A stretch of DNA of 64,000 bases from positions 4,053 to 68,052 of the forward strand of contig JAJIYL010000008.1 in the NCBI GenBank assembly GCA_020881195.1. Direction: 5' to 3'. Origin of the DNA: Rickettsia endosymbiont of Pseudomimeciton antennatum. GTDB taxonomy: Bacteria; Pseudomonadota; Alphaproteobacteria; Rickettsiales; Rickettsiaceae. The translations under genes and the position numbers were made by a program. The stretch's first letter is position 1; the number at the start of each line of letters is the position of its first letter. Of the stretch, positions 29,504 through 41,971 are shown piece after piece. A model generated the notes under the pieces. That model had not been told where the DNA came from and searched no databases. It saw only the letters and a program-made list of their open reading frames with translations.

Positions 29504-31534
29504 TTATCTAAAACTAAATCTTTTGTTATTATTTGTTTTAATCGTACATTGGTGCTGATTACAAAATATCATTATTACTTCAAACTCTTTTAAAAATTCT
29601 CTACTAACAGTAATTTTATTGCCTTTACATTGGTTATTACCTAGCAGGTTAATATATATATCGACATTTTTACATATTTCATTCGAAGCAATTTGCTTCG
29701 AATCTATCAAACTAGAATCTATCAAAATTGTATATCCATTGGAAGTAAAAATATTTTTTTCTAGAGGAAATATTTTAGCATCCTTTTGACCAAACCAGTT
29801 AGCCCAATATATACGTTTAAATTCTGGCATCTCATTGGCATAAATGTCAAGTTCAGCATTGTTATTTTTTATACCAACAGCATTTAAATTTATATCAAAT
29901 ATGACATTAGGTTTAGGAGAGTTCAGCATTAAAATTACCGATATAATAATTATAATCAGACCCAAAAAATGCCATTTCGTTTTCCATAAACAAATCCAAA
30001 AGAAACCAAATAAGAAAGTAATTAAGCTAATTTTGGTTATATAGCCAAAATACCATACTGATAATGGTAACATGTTAGTAAATTTCACCGTTTCAATAAT
30101 TATATTAATGAAAAAGCCTATTAATTTCAGACAATATTGGTCTATACCAAAGATCATGAAGAATAATGAGATAATAGATAATGGCATCAAAAAGAAAGAC
30201 ATTATCGGTATAGCGATAAGGTTCATTGGAATAGAGTAAGTAGGAAATGTATAAAATTGGTTTATTACAACAGGAGCAGTGACTATAGCGGCAAGGAAAC
30301 TTGAATAAATATTAGAGGCAATATAAAATTTTATTGCAGAAAAGATGCCCTTACTTTCACCTAATATCCATTGATTTCTTATATAAAATTCATAACCAGC
30401 AGTTAGCGATAATACTGCAACAAAAGATAATTGGAAGCTTGGATGAAATATATATTCTGGATTCATTGATAATATTATGAACGCCGCAATCGCTAATGAC
30501 CTTAGAGGGTACGGTTTTCGCCCTATCATAACTGCGTAAATAAAAATTGCCGTCATAATGAAGGCTCTGGTGGCAGCAATTTGCATACCGCTTAGTTGTA
30601 AATAACCATAACTACCTATTAAAGAACAAATTGCCGCAATTGATTTTATATCATAATTATAGGCAATATAATTTGATAAATTTAATAAAAATCTGGTGGA
30701 TATGAAAAACAGCATTGCTACCAATGATAAATGTAAACCGGAAACGCAAAGTATATGAGATATACCGCTTTGTCTCATTTCCTTCATTAATTTTCTATCG
30801 AGGGCTTTGCTTTCACCTAGTAATATTGCTGCAGCAAAATTACCTTTAATAGAGCCAAGTACTTGGATTAGGCGGTTGTAAATATTTTTTTTAATTTTAT
30901 AGACAAAACTATTAGTGTCGAGATCACTATATGCTATAATTTAAAGGGGGGACAGTGCATAACCAGTAGCATTAATATCCGATAAATATGCATAAAAGCC
31001 AAAATCATAGCCACCTGGCAGAATACTAGTTTGCGGTTTGTAAAGCCTTGCCACTAGGCTAATATTATCATTAATATTAATTTCTTGAGCATATTTTGCC
31101 GGCATACTTATCCTGACTTTTTGTAAAACCTGCTTAAGTTTTTGAATTTTTACTTGATATAATATAACTTGCATACCATGAGTAGTAGGTTTCATTGATT
31201 CTACCATGCCGCTTACTCTTGAGATTATAGGACTCCTAATAGTGCTAACATGTAGACTTGATACGCGATATTTGCCAACTAGCATACCACACGAAAAAGC
31301 TATAATTATCCCCGAAAGAAATCGCCCAAATATATTGTTTCTTACAATTAGTAGTGATAAGGAAATTGTGAAAATAGCTAAAATAGATATAAAAGAAGGT
31401 TCTTTACTTAAAGTAAAATAAGTGCCGATACCACAAATGAAGCTAACAAAATACCAAAGGCTGAGATGGTGATATTCTTGTTCTAAAATGCTTTTGAAAA
31501 GATTAAGAATTAACTTATAATTTTCTAGGATCAT
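29504..31534 (-). pseudogene. comEC: ComEC/Rec2 competence protein interrupted by one in-frame TAA (30941-30943)
   Basis: Both ORFs are in the same frame and the gap translates openly; GISHILCVSGLHL, SFQLSF and PGGYDFG motifs. Confidence 0.88.
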
Positions 31535-31593
31535 TACATTTAATAGTAGAGTTATTTTTAAGATAGTCTACTATTAGATGTAACGCAAGAAAT

Positions 31594-33474
31594 CTATTCC
31601 TTCATCTTACCGTGAATATATAAGTCATAAGCTATTTGATAAAAACTAATAGCTTCCTCTACTAAACTAGGAATGTTCTCAATCTCTATTTTATCTTCAC
31701 CCACTAATTTATAAGTTTTTGCTTGCTCCTGTGGGCGTAAGATAATTAAATGATTATCCTTCATAAAACCAAGCAATTGATAGGTGCTAATAAAGGCTCT
31801 GTTTGTCGGCATATTTAATATATCTTGACCAAAAAACTTACTATTATATGAGAAATTTAATAATCCTAAAATAGTAGGAACAATGTCAATTTGACTTGCT
31901 AAATTATCAACTATCTGTGGTTTTAATATATTAGGAGCATATATTAATAGAGGTATATGGTATTTATTAATCGGCAAATCAGTTTTACCAGCACTTGATG
32001 CACAATGGTCAGCCGTAATAACAAAGATAGTATTCTCAAACCAGGGGTGAGTTTTAGCTAGTTCAAGAAACTTACCAATAGCATAGTCAGTATATTTAAC
32101 CGCTGCATTACGTCCACTACCAGATGGCAAATCAATCCTACCTTCAGTGAAAGTATAAGGACGATGGTTAGAGGTAGTCATAATTAATGAGAAAAATGGT
32201 TTGCCTTCCTTATAATTTTGATCAGCTAACTCTAGTGATTTTATTAGTATATCTTCGTCAGCTACTCCCCAAATATTAGAAAAACTTATTTCATTAGATT
32301 TTAAATTGCCTCGATCAACTATATTATAACCATTACCATGAAAATAATTTTGTAAATTATCAAAGTAGCTATAACCACCGAATAGGAAGTTAGTAACATA
32401 GCCTTGATCCTTAAAAACAGTAGATACATTAAATAACGACTGATTATCAGGGCGACGGATAATGGACGAACCAGGAGTTGGTGGTATTGATAAAGTAATT
32501 GCTTCCAAACCTCTTACTGTTCTAGTTCCTACTGCATATAAATTGGTAAAAAATATGCTTTGATCAGCTAATCTATCTAAATTTGGCGTAATATTTTGTT
32601 GATTGCCAAATTTACCCATGAATTCGCTACTAAGACTTTCTACGGTAATGAAAATAATATTATATTTTTTACTATTAGAAGAATTAGCTTTGATATAACG
32701 TGCTATAGTAGAGTCATCTGAGTATAGTTCTTCGTTTTTTGATAAACTAGTGCGAACAGTATCTAAAGCTTGTTTTTTATCAACTACTGGATAAAAACTA
32801 TCATAATCCAAACTATTATTAAAAAAGGCAGAAAAAAACTGATAATTACCGTTTCTAGCAAGTTCGATAGCATATTTATTAGAATTTACATCAATTTTAT
32901 TTGGGTTATAAAAATTAAAAGCAACTAGGCTAAACAAAAATAGTATTATCATGGAAAGAATATGCCTAGTGCTATTTAGAGTATTGGCGTGATTAGTTAT
33001 ATATTTCCTCAAGAAAAAACTAATTAATAGTGCAATAACTATAATGGCTAGTAATATTTCTACATAGGGCAAAGATTCCTTTACAGTTCCAATAATCTCA
33101 TGGGTATAAATTAAATAATCTACCGCAATAAAATTAAATCTAACACCAAACTCATCCCAAAAAGTAATCTCGGCAATTGTAATAAATATTAAGAGAGCAA
33201 TGGTACAGAAATAGCTAACAAAGCAACAGCTTAAATACAACAATTTATACCGAGCCAATAATTTATGGAAGCCAATGATCAGCAGTAAAATTACTGGTAA
33301 AAAATAACAAAGAGATACTAGATCATTGAGACTGCCAATAACAAAAATTGATGCTAGATCAGATATGGTTATTTGTTGTTGCCATAAAGCGTATGAGCTT
33401 AATAGGATGCGGGTAATAAACTGAAATATTAGATAAATTCTAACAATAGGAAAATGGAACAGTGTTTTTATCAT
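31594..33474 (-). CDS. LTA synthase/MdoB-like membrane sulfatase-superfamily protein
   Basis: N-terminal TMs; ITVESLS, GTRTVRGLEA, TTSNHRPY and ITADH. Confidence 0.85.
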   Translation of the reverse strand: MIKTLFHFPIVRIYLIFQFITRILLSSYALWQQQITISDLASIFVIGSLNDLVSLCYFLPVILLLIIGFHKLLARYKLLYLSCCFVSYFCTIALLIFITIAEITFWDEFGVRFNFIAVDYLIYTHEIIGTVKESLPYVEILLAIIVIALLISFFLRKYITNHANTLNSTRHILSMIILFLFSLVAFNFYNPNKIDVNSNKYAIELARNGNYQFFSAFFNNSLDYDSFYPVVDKKQALDTVRTSLSKNEELYSDDSTIARYIKANSSNSKKYNIIFITVESLSSEFMGKFGNQQNITPNLDRLADQSIFFTNLYAVGTRTVRGLEAITLSIPPTPGSSIIRRPDNQSLFNVSTVFKDQGYVTNFLFGGYSYFDNLQNYFHGNGYNIVDRGNLKSNEISFSNIWGVADEDILIKSLELADQNYKEGKPFFSLIMTTSNHRPYTFTEGRIDLPSGSGRNAAVKYTDYAIGKFLELAKTHPWFENTIFVITADHCASSAGKTDLPINKYHIPLLIYAPNILKPQIVDNLASQIDIVPTILGLLNFSYNSKFFGQDILNMPTNRAFISTYQLLGFMKDNHLIILRPQEQAKTYKLVGEDKIEIENIPSLVEEAISFYQIAYDLYIHGKMKE

Positions 33475-33518
33475 TTAACAAGGTTTTTTAAATTATCATA
33501 CTCCAATGCCCATCCAAG

Positions 33519-33611
33519 CGTTATTGCGAGACCATGTAATGGTCGAAGCAATCTATATTTACCCACTTTTTCTTGGATTGCTTTGCCACCTAGCAGTGGC
33601 TCGCAATGACG
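33519..33611. repeat. Family D repeat
   Basis: CGTTATTGCGAG...GCAATC...GGATTGC...CTCGCAATGACG. Confidence 0.85.
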
Positions 33612-33664
33612 GGTTTTCAATTATCGTTTTCTTAAATTAACCCTATGTGCAATGACGTCTTAAT

Positions 33665-34213
33665 TTACAGCACTCTAGCGTAAATATAATAGTCTCTATG
33701 TACTCCTTGCACAATCTCATATTTTTTGAGCGACCCTTCTTTAACAAAATTACACCGTTCCAGAACATTAATTGAGCGGATATTGTCAGTTATGACAGTT
33801 GCTTGGGTTCGAACAATTCCAGCATATTCTATAAATCTTAAAATAGCTTTGATAGATTTTAGCATAATCCCTTTACCCCAAAATGCAGGATCAAGATCAT
33901 AGCTTATTTCCGCTTTGAGGTGCATTGCAGAGACGGTATTAAACCCAGCCGTCCCTATAAGTTTATTAGTATCCTTGAGAGAAATAGCCCAGTAAAATCC
34001 TCGATGATTACGAAATAAGCTGGACCAATATCTTAGCTCATCAGTAGCTTGAGTGATATTCGATGGACAATTTTGTTCTGTCAGGAATGGTAGCATTTCT
34101 GGCTTATTCATATAGGTAAAATAGTCTTCTGAATCATCACTAGTTAATTCTCTAAGCACTATATCGCCTAGGTCTAATATAGGAAATTGATGGTATATAG
34201 ATTGGTTAAGCAT
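33665..34213 (-). CDS. GNAT N-acetyltransferase (RimJ/RimL family)
   Basis: EISYDLDPAFWGKGI and NIRSINVLERCNFVKEG. Confidence 0.88.
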   Translation of the reverse strand: MLNQSIYHQFPILDLGDIVLRELTSDDSEDYFTYMNKPEMLPFLTEQNCPSNITQATDELRYWSSLFRNHRGFYWAISLKDTNKLIGTAGFNTVSAMHLKAEISYDLDPAFWGKGIMLKSIKAILRFIEYAGIVRTQATVITDNIRSINVLERCNFVKEGSLKKYEIVQGVHRDYYIYARVL

Positions 34214-34228
34214 ATGTTAGAAGATAAT

Positions 34229-34915
34229 TTATTTTTTATAATTAGCGGGGTCAGTTGCATTATTTTCTTCAAAGGCTTTAAGTCTAATTAAGCATGAATG
34301 ACATGTACCACAAGACAACCCCTCATCTGATGGATCATAACAAGAAATCGTTTTAGAATAATCTACGCCTAATTCTATACCAGCCTTAATAATTTCTCCC
34401 TTTGACATATTTATTAAGGGAGCATGAATGGTAATTTGTTTGCCTGATACTCCTACAGCAGTTGCAAGATTCGCCAGATTATTAAAAGCTGCTAAATATT
34501 CCAGGCGGCAATCTGGATAATTAGCGGAATCAGTTGCGTGTACCCCTATAAAAATATCAAATGCTCCTATTATTTCACTGAATCCTAAAGCATAACTTAG
34601 AAATATGGTATTACGTGCTGGTACATAAGTAACTGGTATATCGTCCGGTAATTCACTATGATCTTTATATTTTGGTACGTCTATGCCACTGTCAGTGAGA
34701 GCTGAGCCTCCAAAGTTACGTAAATCAATATTTACAATTTTATGTTGTTTGACGTTATAGTTCTTAACTAATTGTTTAACCTTTTCCAGTTCAGCATTAT
34801 TGCGTTGTGAATAGTTAAAACTCATGGCATGAATTTCGTAATTCATTTTTTTTATCATTGCTAGTACTGTAGCTGAATCTGCACCGCCACTCACTAAAGC
34901 TACTGCTTTTTTCAT
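34229..34915 (-). CDS. queC: 7-cyano-7-deazaguanine synthase
   Basis: SGGADS, TYVPARN, YPDCR and CGTCHSC. Confidence 0.96.
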   Translation of the reverse strand: MKKAVALVSGGADSATVLAMIKKMNYEIHAMSFNYSQRNNAELEKVKQLVKNYNVKQHKIVNIDLRNFGGSALTDSGIDVPKYKDHSELPDDIPVTYVPARNTIFLSYALGFSEIIGAFDIFIGVHATDSANYPDCRLEYLAAFNNLANLATAVGVSGKQITIHAPLINMSKGEIIKAGIELGVDYSKTISCYDPSDEGLSCGTCHSCLIRLKAFEENNATDPANYKK

Positions 34916-34977
34916 AAACAACCATCTATCCATTATATCATATTAGTATATAGCAAAATTTTTGTCCACTAAGCTAA

Positions 34978-37833
34978 TTATAGGTAATTTTTTAAATATT
35001 TTCCAGTATGGCTCTCACTACAACAAGCAATATCCTTTGGAGTTCCGGTAGCTACTATGCCACCACCTTTATCTCCACCTTCAGGACCAACATCTATGAT
35101 ATAATCTGCTGTTTTTATAACATCTAGATTATGCTCAATAACTACCACAGTATTACCCATATCAACTAACTTATGCAGTACTTTAAGCAACTTATTAATA
35201 TCATCTATGTGTAAACCTGTTGTTGGTTCATCAAGTATGTATAAAGTTTTACCAGTTGAGCGTTTTGATAATTCTTTAGCTAATTTTATCCTTTGTGCTT
35301 CACCTCCAGACAAAGTAGTAGCAGATTGTCCAATTTTTATATAACCGAGCCCTACTTCATTTAAAGTAACAAGTTTTTCATAAATTAGTGGCACTTTTTC
35401 AAAAAAACTCATTGCATCTTCAACCGTCATCTTAAGAACGTCAGATATGGATTTATCCTTATATTTAATTTCGAGAGTTTCTCTGTTATATCTGTCTCCA
35501 TTACAAACATCACATTTTACATAAATATCAGGTAAAAAATGCATTTCTATTTTAATCAGACCATCGCCTTGACATGATTCACACCTTCCACCTTTAACAT
35601 TGAATGAGAACCTACCAACTTTATAACCTCGTGCTTTTGCAGTTGGTAGTTCAGCAAACCAGTCTCTAATATGGGTAAATGCACCAGTATAGGTTGCTGG
35701 GTTTGATCTTGGTGTGCGACCTATAGGGGATTGATTGATATCAATAACCTTATCAATATATTCAAGACCGGTAATTGATTTATATTCTCCTGGGAAAATT
35801 TTTGAAGAAGGTTCTAAAAATTTTAAAGCTGCTTTATATAAAGTGTGAATTATTAAACTTGATTTGCCGCTACCGGATACTCCTGTGATTACAGTAAAAC
35901 TACCCAGAGGGATTGTAATATTAACATTCTGTAGATTATTAGAAACAGCCCCTGTTAAGGTTATTACCTTACCGGAAGAGGATACCCTGGTATTTGATGG
36001 CACTTCAATAAATTGTTTGCCGCTTAAATAGCTACCAGTTATACTATTTTCACATTGTTTGATATCTTCAATTGTTCCTTGTGCTACTATATGTCCGCCA
36101 TGAATACCAGCACCTGGTCCGACATCGATAATGTGATCCGATTCATACATTGTCTCTTCATCATGCTCAACAACCAGCACTGTATTACCAATGTCTCGAA
36201 GATTTTTTAGAGTTTCTATTAATCGAGCATTATCACGTTGATGTAAACCAATTGACGGTTCATCAAGTACATATAACACACCACTAAGCCCAGAACCAAT
36301 TTGTGATGCCAAGCGAATACGCTGACTCTCTCCACCAGATAAAGTACCTGATTCTCTAGATAAGGCAAGATAATCAAGACCAACATTCATAAGAAATTGT
36401 AGCCTTTCCTTAATTTCCTTTAATATACGTTCGGCAATAGCCAGCTGTTTTTTATTGAGCTGTTTGTCTAATTGATTAAACCATTTTTGTAGTTGCAAAA
36501 TACTCATGGCAGATATTTGACCAATATGCATATCAGCAATTTTAATACAAAGAGACTCCATTTTTAGTCTATAACCTTTACAAGATGTACATTTGTACTC
36601 TGCTTTGTATTTTAATAATTCTTCTTTTACTAAAGAAGAATCAGCCTTACGCTCTTTTTCTTGTAAGCTAGGTATTATTCCGGCAAAAGGTTGCTGGATA
36701 ATCTGAGATTTAGAACCATCATGATATTGAAAATCTATAATATCGTCACCCGATCCATGGAGCAATACTTGTTGCACCTCATTTGGTAGTTCTATAAAGG
36801 GAATGTCTAATGAAAACTTGTAATGACTTGCTAAGGCTTTTAATGTTTCTAAAAAGAACTTTGAGGATATTTTACTCCAAGGGGCTATAGCTCCATTTCT
36901 AATACTAATTTTGTTGTCTGGAATAATTAAATCTTTATCAAGAAACATTTCTTTACCGATACCTTCGCATTTCGGACAAGCACCAAATGGGCTGTTAAAG
37001 GAAAAGATTCTTGGTTCTATTTCTGTAATCTGGAAACCAGAAACTGGACAAGAATATTTTTCTGAAAAAATGATCCTTGAGCCTTTGGTAAGGTTTGTCT
37101 CTACTCCGTTTGGTAAATCAACAATTTCAACATATACTAAACCATCTGCCAACTTAAGAGAGACTTCCAAACTATCTGCAAGCCTATTACCTAAATCATC
37201 TTCTAGAGAAATCCTATCAACAATTACTTCAATATTATGTTTTTTATTCTTATCAAATTTTGGTAGATTATCAATCTCATAAATTTCATTGTTAATTACC
37301 AATCTGCCAAAACCCTGTTTTTTAAGATCAAGAATTTCACGTCTGAATTCACCTTTCTGCCCTCTGATAATGGGTGATAAAATGTATAATTTACTTCCCT
37401 TAGGAAGATTACGAATAGCATCTATCATTTCTGATATAGTCTGATTCTTTATAGGTAAACCTGTTGCTGGAGAATAGGGTACTCCTACCCGTGCATATAG
37501 TAATCTCAAATAATCATAGATCTCAGTTATAGTACCCACTGTGGAGCGTGGATTTTTAGATGTAGTTTTTTGATCAATAGCTATTGCCGGTGACAAACCA
37601 GAAACTGACTCAACATCAGGCTTATCCTGAAGATGTAAGAACTGCCTAGCATAGGAAGATAGGCTTTCAACATATCTACGTTGTCCTTCAGCGTAAATAG
37701 TATCAAAAGCTAGTGAAGATTTACCAGAACCACTAAGCCCGGTAATTACCACAAACTTATTTCTTGGAATATCAACACTTACGTTCTTTAAATTATGCTC
37801 CTTAGCACCGCGAACTTTAATATATTCTTGCAT
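34978..37833 (-). CDS. uvrA: Excinuclease ABC subunit A
   Basis: Two Walker A motifs ([16 protein letters not shown]), LSGGE signatures and Zn fingers. Confidence 0.99.
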   Translation of the reverse strand: MQEYIKVRGAKEHNLKNVSVDIPRNKFVVITGLSGSGKSSLAFDTIYAEGQRRYVESLSSYARQFLHLQDKPDVESVSGLSPAIAIDQKTTSKNPRSTVGTITEIYDYLRLLYARVGVPYSPATGLPIKNQTISEMIDAIRNLPKGSKLYILSPIIRGQKGEFRREILDLKKQGFGRLVINNEIYEIDNLPKFDKNKKHNIEVIVDRISLEDDLGNRLADSLEVSLKLADGLVYVEIVDLPNGVETNLTKGSRIIFSEKYSCPVSGFQITEIEPRIFSFNSPFGACPKCEGIGKEMFLDKDLIIPDNKISIRNGAIAPWSKISSKFFLETLKALASHYKFSLDIPFIELPNEVQQVLLHGSGDDIIDFQYHDGSKSQIIQQPFAGIIPSLQEKERKADSSLVKEELLKYKAEYKCTSCKGYRLKMESLCIKIADMHIGQISAMSILQLQKWFNQLDKQLNKKQLAIAERILKEIKERLQFLMNVGLDYLALSRESGTLSGGESQRIRLASQIGSGLSGVLYVLDEPSIGLHQRDNARLIETLKNLRDIGNTVLVVEHDEETMYESDHIIDVGPGAGIHGGHIVAQGTIEDIKQCENSITGSYLSGKQFIEVPSNTRVSSSGKVITLTGAVSNNLQNVNITIPLGSFTVITGVSGSGKSSLIIHTLYKAALKFLEPSSKIFPGEYKSITGLEYIDKVIDINQSPIGRTPRSNPATYTGAFTHIRDWFAELPTAKARGYKVGRFSFNVKGGRCESCQGDGLIKIEMHFLPDIYVKCDVCNGDRYNRETLEIKYKDKSISDVLKMTVEDAMSFFEKVPLIYEKLVTLNEVGLGYIKIGQSATTLSGGEAQRIKLAKELSKRSTGKTLYILDEPTTGLHIDDINKLLKVLHKLVDMGNTVVVIEHNLDVIKTADYIIDVGPEGGDKGGGIVATGTPKDIACCSESHTGKYLKNYL

Positions 37834-37963
37834 AATAATTTATTATAAATTTTTAAGGAACTTAAAGAAACTTTCAAAAAATTTTCAAAAAACTTGTAGC
37901 ATTATAGGTTGTTTTGAATTACTATTGCAATAATAAATTTTTAAATAAATTAGGTAATGATTT

Positions 37964-38407
37964 GTGGCTGGTAGTTTAAATAAGGCAATATTAATAGGTA
38001 ATTTAGGACGTGATCCAGAAATTAGGCACACGGCTGACGGTAAAGAGATAGCAAGTTTCAGTGTTGCTACTTCTGAGACATGGAAAGATCGTGCTACCGG
38101 GGAGAGGAAAGAAAAAACCGAGTGGCATAGAGTAGTAGTATTTAGTGAAGGTTTGGTATCTGTTGTAAAAAATTATGCCAAAAAAGGAACTAAAGTTTAT
38201 TTGGAAGGTAATTTGCAAACTAGAAAGTGGGTGGATAACCTTGGACATGAAAAATATACGACAGAAATAGTGCTGCAGAATTTCAACTCACAATTTATAT
38301 TGTTAGATTCTAAAGGTGGTGGTACTCAAACAGCAGATTCTGTCGTGCCAAAAAATATGGTTACTAATTTTGACCATAGTGATCTAGATGATGAAATACC
38401 TTTCTAG
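37964..38407 (+). CDS. ssb: Single-stranded DNA-binding protein
   Basis: LNKAILIGNLGRDPE; C-terminal DDEIPF. Confidence 0.98.
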   Translation: MAGSLNKAILIGNLGRDPEIRHTADGKEIASFSVATSETWKDRATGERKEKTEWHRVVVFSEGLVSVVKNYAKKGTKVYLEGNLQTRKWVDNLGHEKYTTEIVLQNFNSQFILLDSKGGGTQTADSVVPKNMVTNFDHSDLDDEIPF

Positions 38408-39224
38408 AGTTGCGGTACTTTCTATATTTCTGTTACTTTCTTCCTGTGCTTCATCTATAGAGACAAGGATTGAGGAAGCAGAAAAACTAGCCTCAATAAA
38501 CAGGTTTGAGAAGAAACTTGTTAAGGCGGGTGATTTTGTCATCACAACTTACCAACGTATCTCGGATAAAGATAGTCCTTATGTGTTTTATATTGAGGGT
38601 GATGGGAGTATTAGTATAGGACGCTATACCATTGCAGATAATCCAACCCCTTCCAAGGTTATGTTGTTTAAGCTTGCAATCCTTGATACTAGACCTAATG
38701 TAGTTTATATAGCTCGTCCATGCCAATATACACCAGTAGAATTTAATGCCAATTGCAATCAAGTCTATTGGACAGACAAAAGAATGGCTGAAGAGGTTAT
38801 AGAATCAACAAATATAGTAATAGATACTATAAATAGTGGTAAACCAGCTAGTTTGGTTGGTTTTTCTGGTGGTGGTGGTATTGCTATCTTAGTGGCAGCA
38901 AGAAATAAGCATATTAAAGATATAATAACTATAGCTGGTAATCTTGATATTGAAAGTTTCAGTAAATATCATGGAACATACGCATTAAGGAAGTCATTAA
39001 ATCCCATAGATTACGCCATAAAAATCAATAATATCCCACAATTACATATTTCGGGAAGCAAGGATGCAATAGTGCCAAGTAGTATTATGCATGGTTATGT
39101 AAAAGCTAGTTCTTCAAATTGTATACAACAAAAGATTCTCCCTAATATTACTCATACCAAAGGCTGGGATAAGGTATGGCAAGATGTACTAAAAATTAAC
39201 ATTACCTGCGAATATGACAAATAA
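38388..39224 (+). CDS. Alpha/beta-hydrolase lipoprotein
   Basis: Lipobox LSSC; YIEGDG and GFSGGG nucleophile elbow; GSKD and HTKGW. Confidence 0.8.
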   Translation: MMKYLSRVAVLSIFLLLSSCASSIETRIEEAEKLASINRFEKKLVKAGDFVITTYQRISDKDSPYVFYIEGDGSISIGRYTIADNPTPSKVMLFKLAILDTRPNVVYIARPCQYTPVEFNANCNQVYWTDKRMAEEVIESTNIVIDTINSGKPASLVGFSGGGGIAILVAARNKHIKDIITIAGNLDIESFSKYHGTYALRKSLNPIDYAIKINNIPQLHISGSKDAIVPSSIMHGYVKASSSNCIQQKILPNITHTKGWDKVWQDVLKINITCEYDK

Positions 39225-39275
39225 CACAAGATAATCTAATTCGATATAACTTGTTATATTAAATTCAACGGTATT

Positions 39276-41528
39276 TTAGTTTTCTTTTGCCCATAAGTCC
39301 ATACTATATTGTTTACAATATTCAAGCATAGATACAGTATTAGAGTGATTTATCCCGAACTCTTTTACTTGCTGCTTACCAAAAAATTTATAGCTAGATA
39401 AATTTTTTGTTTTACATGCAGCTTTAGCTCCTTGACTATACAATTCGCTAACTTGTGCAACATTTTTACGATTATCTCTATATAAATAATAATATATGCT
39501 GTAAGCTTTATTATAGAATCCTATTGCTTCTTTTATCTTATCTTGGGCAAATAGAATATTACCTTGTACGAAGTAGCTCGCTGCTAGCTCTGGATCTTCC
39601 AAATAATCTGCATCTTTGGGATTCCTACGTTCGTCAGCTAAAAATATGGAGATAGCCTGGTTAACATGATCTGAGGATTGGTCTAGCTTACCCATCCCTA
39701 GCTCACTTCTTGCCATTTGAGTATAAATACGACCAAATATTTCAGGAGCCTCTTTTTTGCAAGACTCACACAAACTATGTAATTTTTTAGCTTGAGCATA
39801 TGCTTTTTGGTATTCTTCAAGATAATTTAATATCTCTGCTTTAAGTAGATAAGGGTTTGTAAGTAATAGGTCATCAGGACTTAGTCCATTTTTAATGGAT
39901 ACTTCTATAACTTTATTGATTTTCTCTAATGATTCGGTATATTTCCCTTGGGCAAATAATAATTTTGCCATTACACTATGTATATAGCTTATGCTATTTT
40001 TATCTATTAGTTCTGCATTAAACATTTGTTCCATAATTTGAATATTTTTTTCTGCTTCTTGAAGCTGTCCTAATGCAATATTAGATATTACTAAATGATA
40101 CAATAAATTCCATTTTACATGTTCATAATCTTTCACATTATCAAATATTTCTTTCGCTCTTACAAAATACTTTAGTGCCATCCTATAATTAGAAAACCCC
40201 CTATGATATCCACCTATTGCTTGTACATACCTCGCATATGTACATTTTTCATCATTATTCATTAACCATAACTTAAATTTTCCTTCCTGGTCAACTTTAT
40301 TAAACCAATTAATCTTTTTCTCTGCATCAGAGTAATTAAAAGAATTATGATATTGAATCATTATTTGCAAATTAAGTTGCATAAGTTTATATATATTTGC
40401 ATTATACTCTTCTGAATTTTTTAAAATTATTTCAAGATTTTCTTGAATAGTTTTAGCACTTCTGAAAATGCGAGCCTGTAATACATTCTTTGGTACATAA
40501 TTTATTAATTTAGTAATGATGTCATCTAAATAAGCTTTATTATCCTCAGCACAATTAATCTCGGCTATTTTCTGAGCAATAACATCATGCATTTCAAAGA
40601 TAGGATTAGTGTCATTAGGATCAATGTTAGATATTAAGGCAAATTTAGACAATTGATAAAGATCATCATTCATAGTATTTTTATCGTCAGTAATAAAACT
40701 TAATAATTCTTTCGAGAAACCTTGATTATTTATTAAGGCTATTTTATTTAGTAATTTTCTTGAGCTTGGCTTTAATTCATTGATAGCAAACATAATGTTG
40801 AATTTAATTTTGTCTGTTGATTGTTGGATTTTTCTCTTATATTCTTCTCTATTTAGACCTTTTACATTGTTTAATAATTGTGCCCCTTGTACCATCAAGA
40901 TAGGATAACCGGTAAATTCTTCGCTCAAGAATTCTGCTAATTGGGGATCATTATTTTCTAGAATATTATTAGCAAGAGCAATGACATCATCTTTTTCAAA
41001 GGGAGTCATTTTGATTACGTTAGGTAATATTTCGCTATCTTGGGAACAAAATATAACGTGTCCGTTATGTTCCCAATTAATGAACTCTTGAGCTTTTTTA
41101 TTTGTACCTATCTTTAGATTATCGAATATCAGTAACCACTTATCTTGATTCGATAAATAACTCATTACTTCTTTTCGTGCTAACATTATATCTTCTGATA
41201 ATATTAGATTAGATTTATTAGTACTATTAATAGCTTTTGCTAGCTTTAGAAATTCTTGATTAATATCTAAATTACAGTCAATAAACCAAATAAGTTCATA
41301 ATTATTTTGGTTCTCATAAGAATACATTCTAGCAAGTTGGGTTTTCCCCATGCCACTGGTACCTATAATGCTTACTTGTCTATGTTTTATTAAATTATTC
41401 TTGAGCAAATTTAGTTGTTTGACATGATTGACAAAATAAGTAACTGGTGTAACAAAATTAGATATAAATATTTGTTGTTGAGCGAATGAATTATGCGGCA
41501 TTATTAATAATATAAAATATTTTTTCAT
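39276..41528 (-). CDS. NB-ARC (STAND NTPase)-TPR protein
   Basis: Walker A GTSGMGKT, Walker B LLIFDN, FEMHD motif and C-terminal TPRs; start at MKKYFILL (41528) or 41555. Confidence 0.85.
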   Translation of the reverse strand: MKKYFILLIMPHNSFAQQQIFISNFVTPVTYFVNHVKQLNLLKNNLIKHRQVSIIGTSGMGKTQLARMYSYENQNNYELIWFIDCNLDINQEFLKLAKAINSTNKSNLILSEDIMLARKEVMSYLSNQDKWLLIFDNLKIGTNKKAQEFINWEHNGHVIFCSQDSEILPNVIKMTPFEKDDVIALANNILENNDPQLAEFLSEEFTGYPILMVQGAQLLNNVKGLNREEYKRKIQQSTDKIKFNIMFAINELKPSSRKLLNKIALINNQGFSKELLSFITDDKNTMNDDLYQLSKFALISNIDPNDTNPIFEMHDVIAQKIAEINCAEDNKAYLDDIITKLINYVPKNVLQARIFRSAKTIQENLEIILKNSEEYNANIYKLMQLNLQIMIQYHNSFNYSDAEKKINWFNKVDQEGKFKLWLMNNDEKCTYARYVQAIGGYHRGFSNYRMALKYFVRAKEIFDNVKDYEHVKWNLLYHLVISNIALGQLQEAEKNIQIMEQMFNAELIDKNSISYIHSVMAKLLFAQGKYTESLEKINKVIEVSIKNGLSPDDLLLTNPYLLKAEILNYLEEYQKAYAQAKKLHSLCESCKKEAPEIFGRIYTQMARSELGMGKLDQSSDHVNQAISIFLADERRNPKDADYLEDPELAASYFVQGNILFAQDKIKEAIGFYNKAYSIYYYLYRDNRKNVAQVSELYSQGAKAACKTKNLSSYKFFGKQQVKEFGINHSNTVSMLEYCKQYSMDLWAKEN

Positions 41529-41971
41529 TTTTTTGCTCCTAGTAAACGGTTTCAAGAAGGTATGTTAATTCATATTAATTTTAGTTTTATCTACTAAATA
41601 ATATTAACATGACTACGACATATTTTACAACCAAAATTACATTTTCATACCATTAAGGGATATACTGCTATTAGTCTCTATACTCTTATCTTTCTACATC
41701 TAAAAGTTATAATTTTTAAATTACCCTAATTGTGTAACTTATCGCTAGTAGTTCAAAATAAGTGAAAATTAGCAATTTTTTTATTGTAATTTATTTTTCT
41801 ATACTCCATATTGATTGAGTAAGTAATACTATAATATATCAAGACTTTTTGTAGAAGTCATTTATACTGAGGAATTTGAATGATACTCTCCACCTCAAGC
41901 CGAATTTTGGGTGAATCTTGTCCTGAATTCGCCTATATTCACAGAACCTAATATCACTTGAGTAAGCCTTA

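Noticed and set aside
41876-41971. TTG-MNDTLHLKPNFG* with a GAGG RBS upstream of the M23 gene
   Set aside because: It might be a former start, but three in-frame stops intervene and I could not define an insertion
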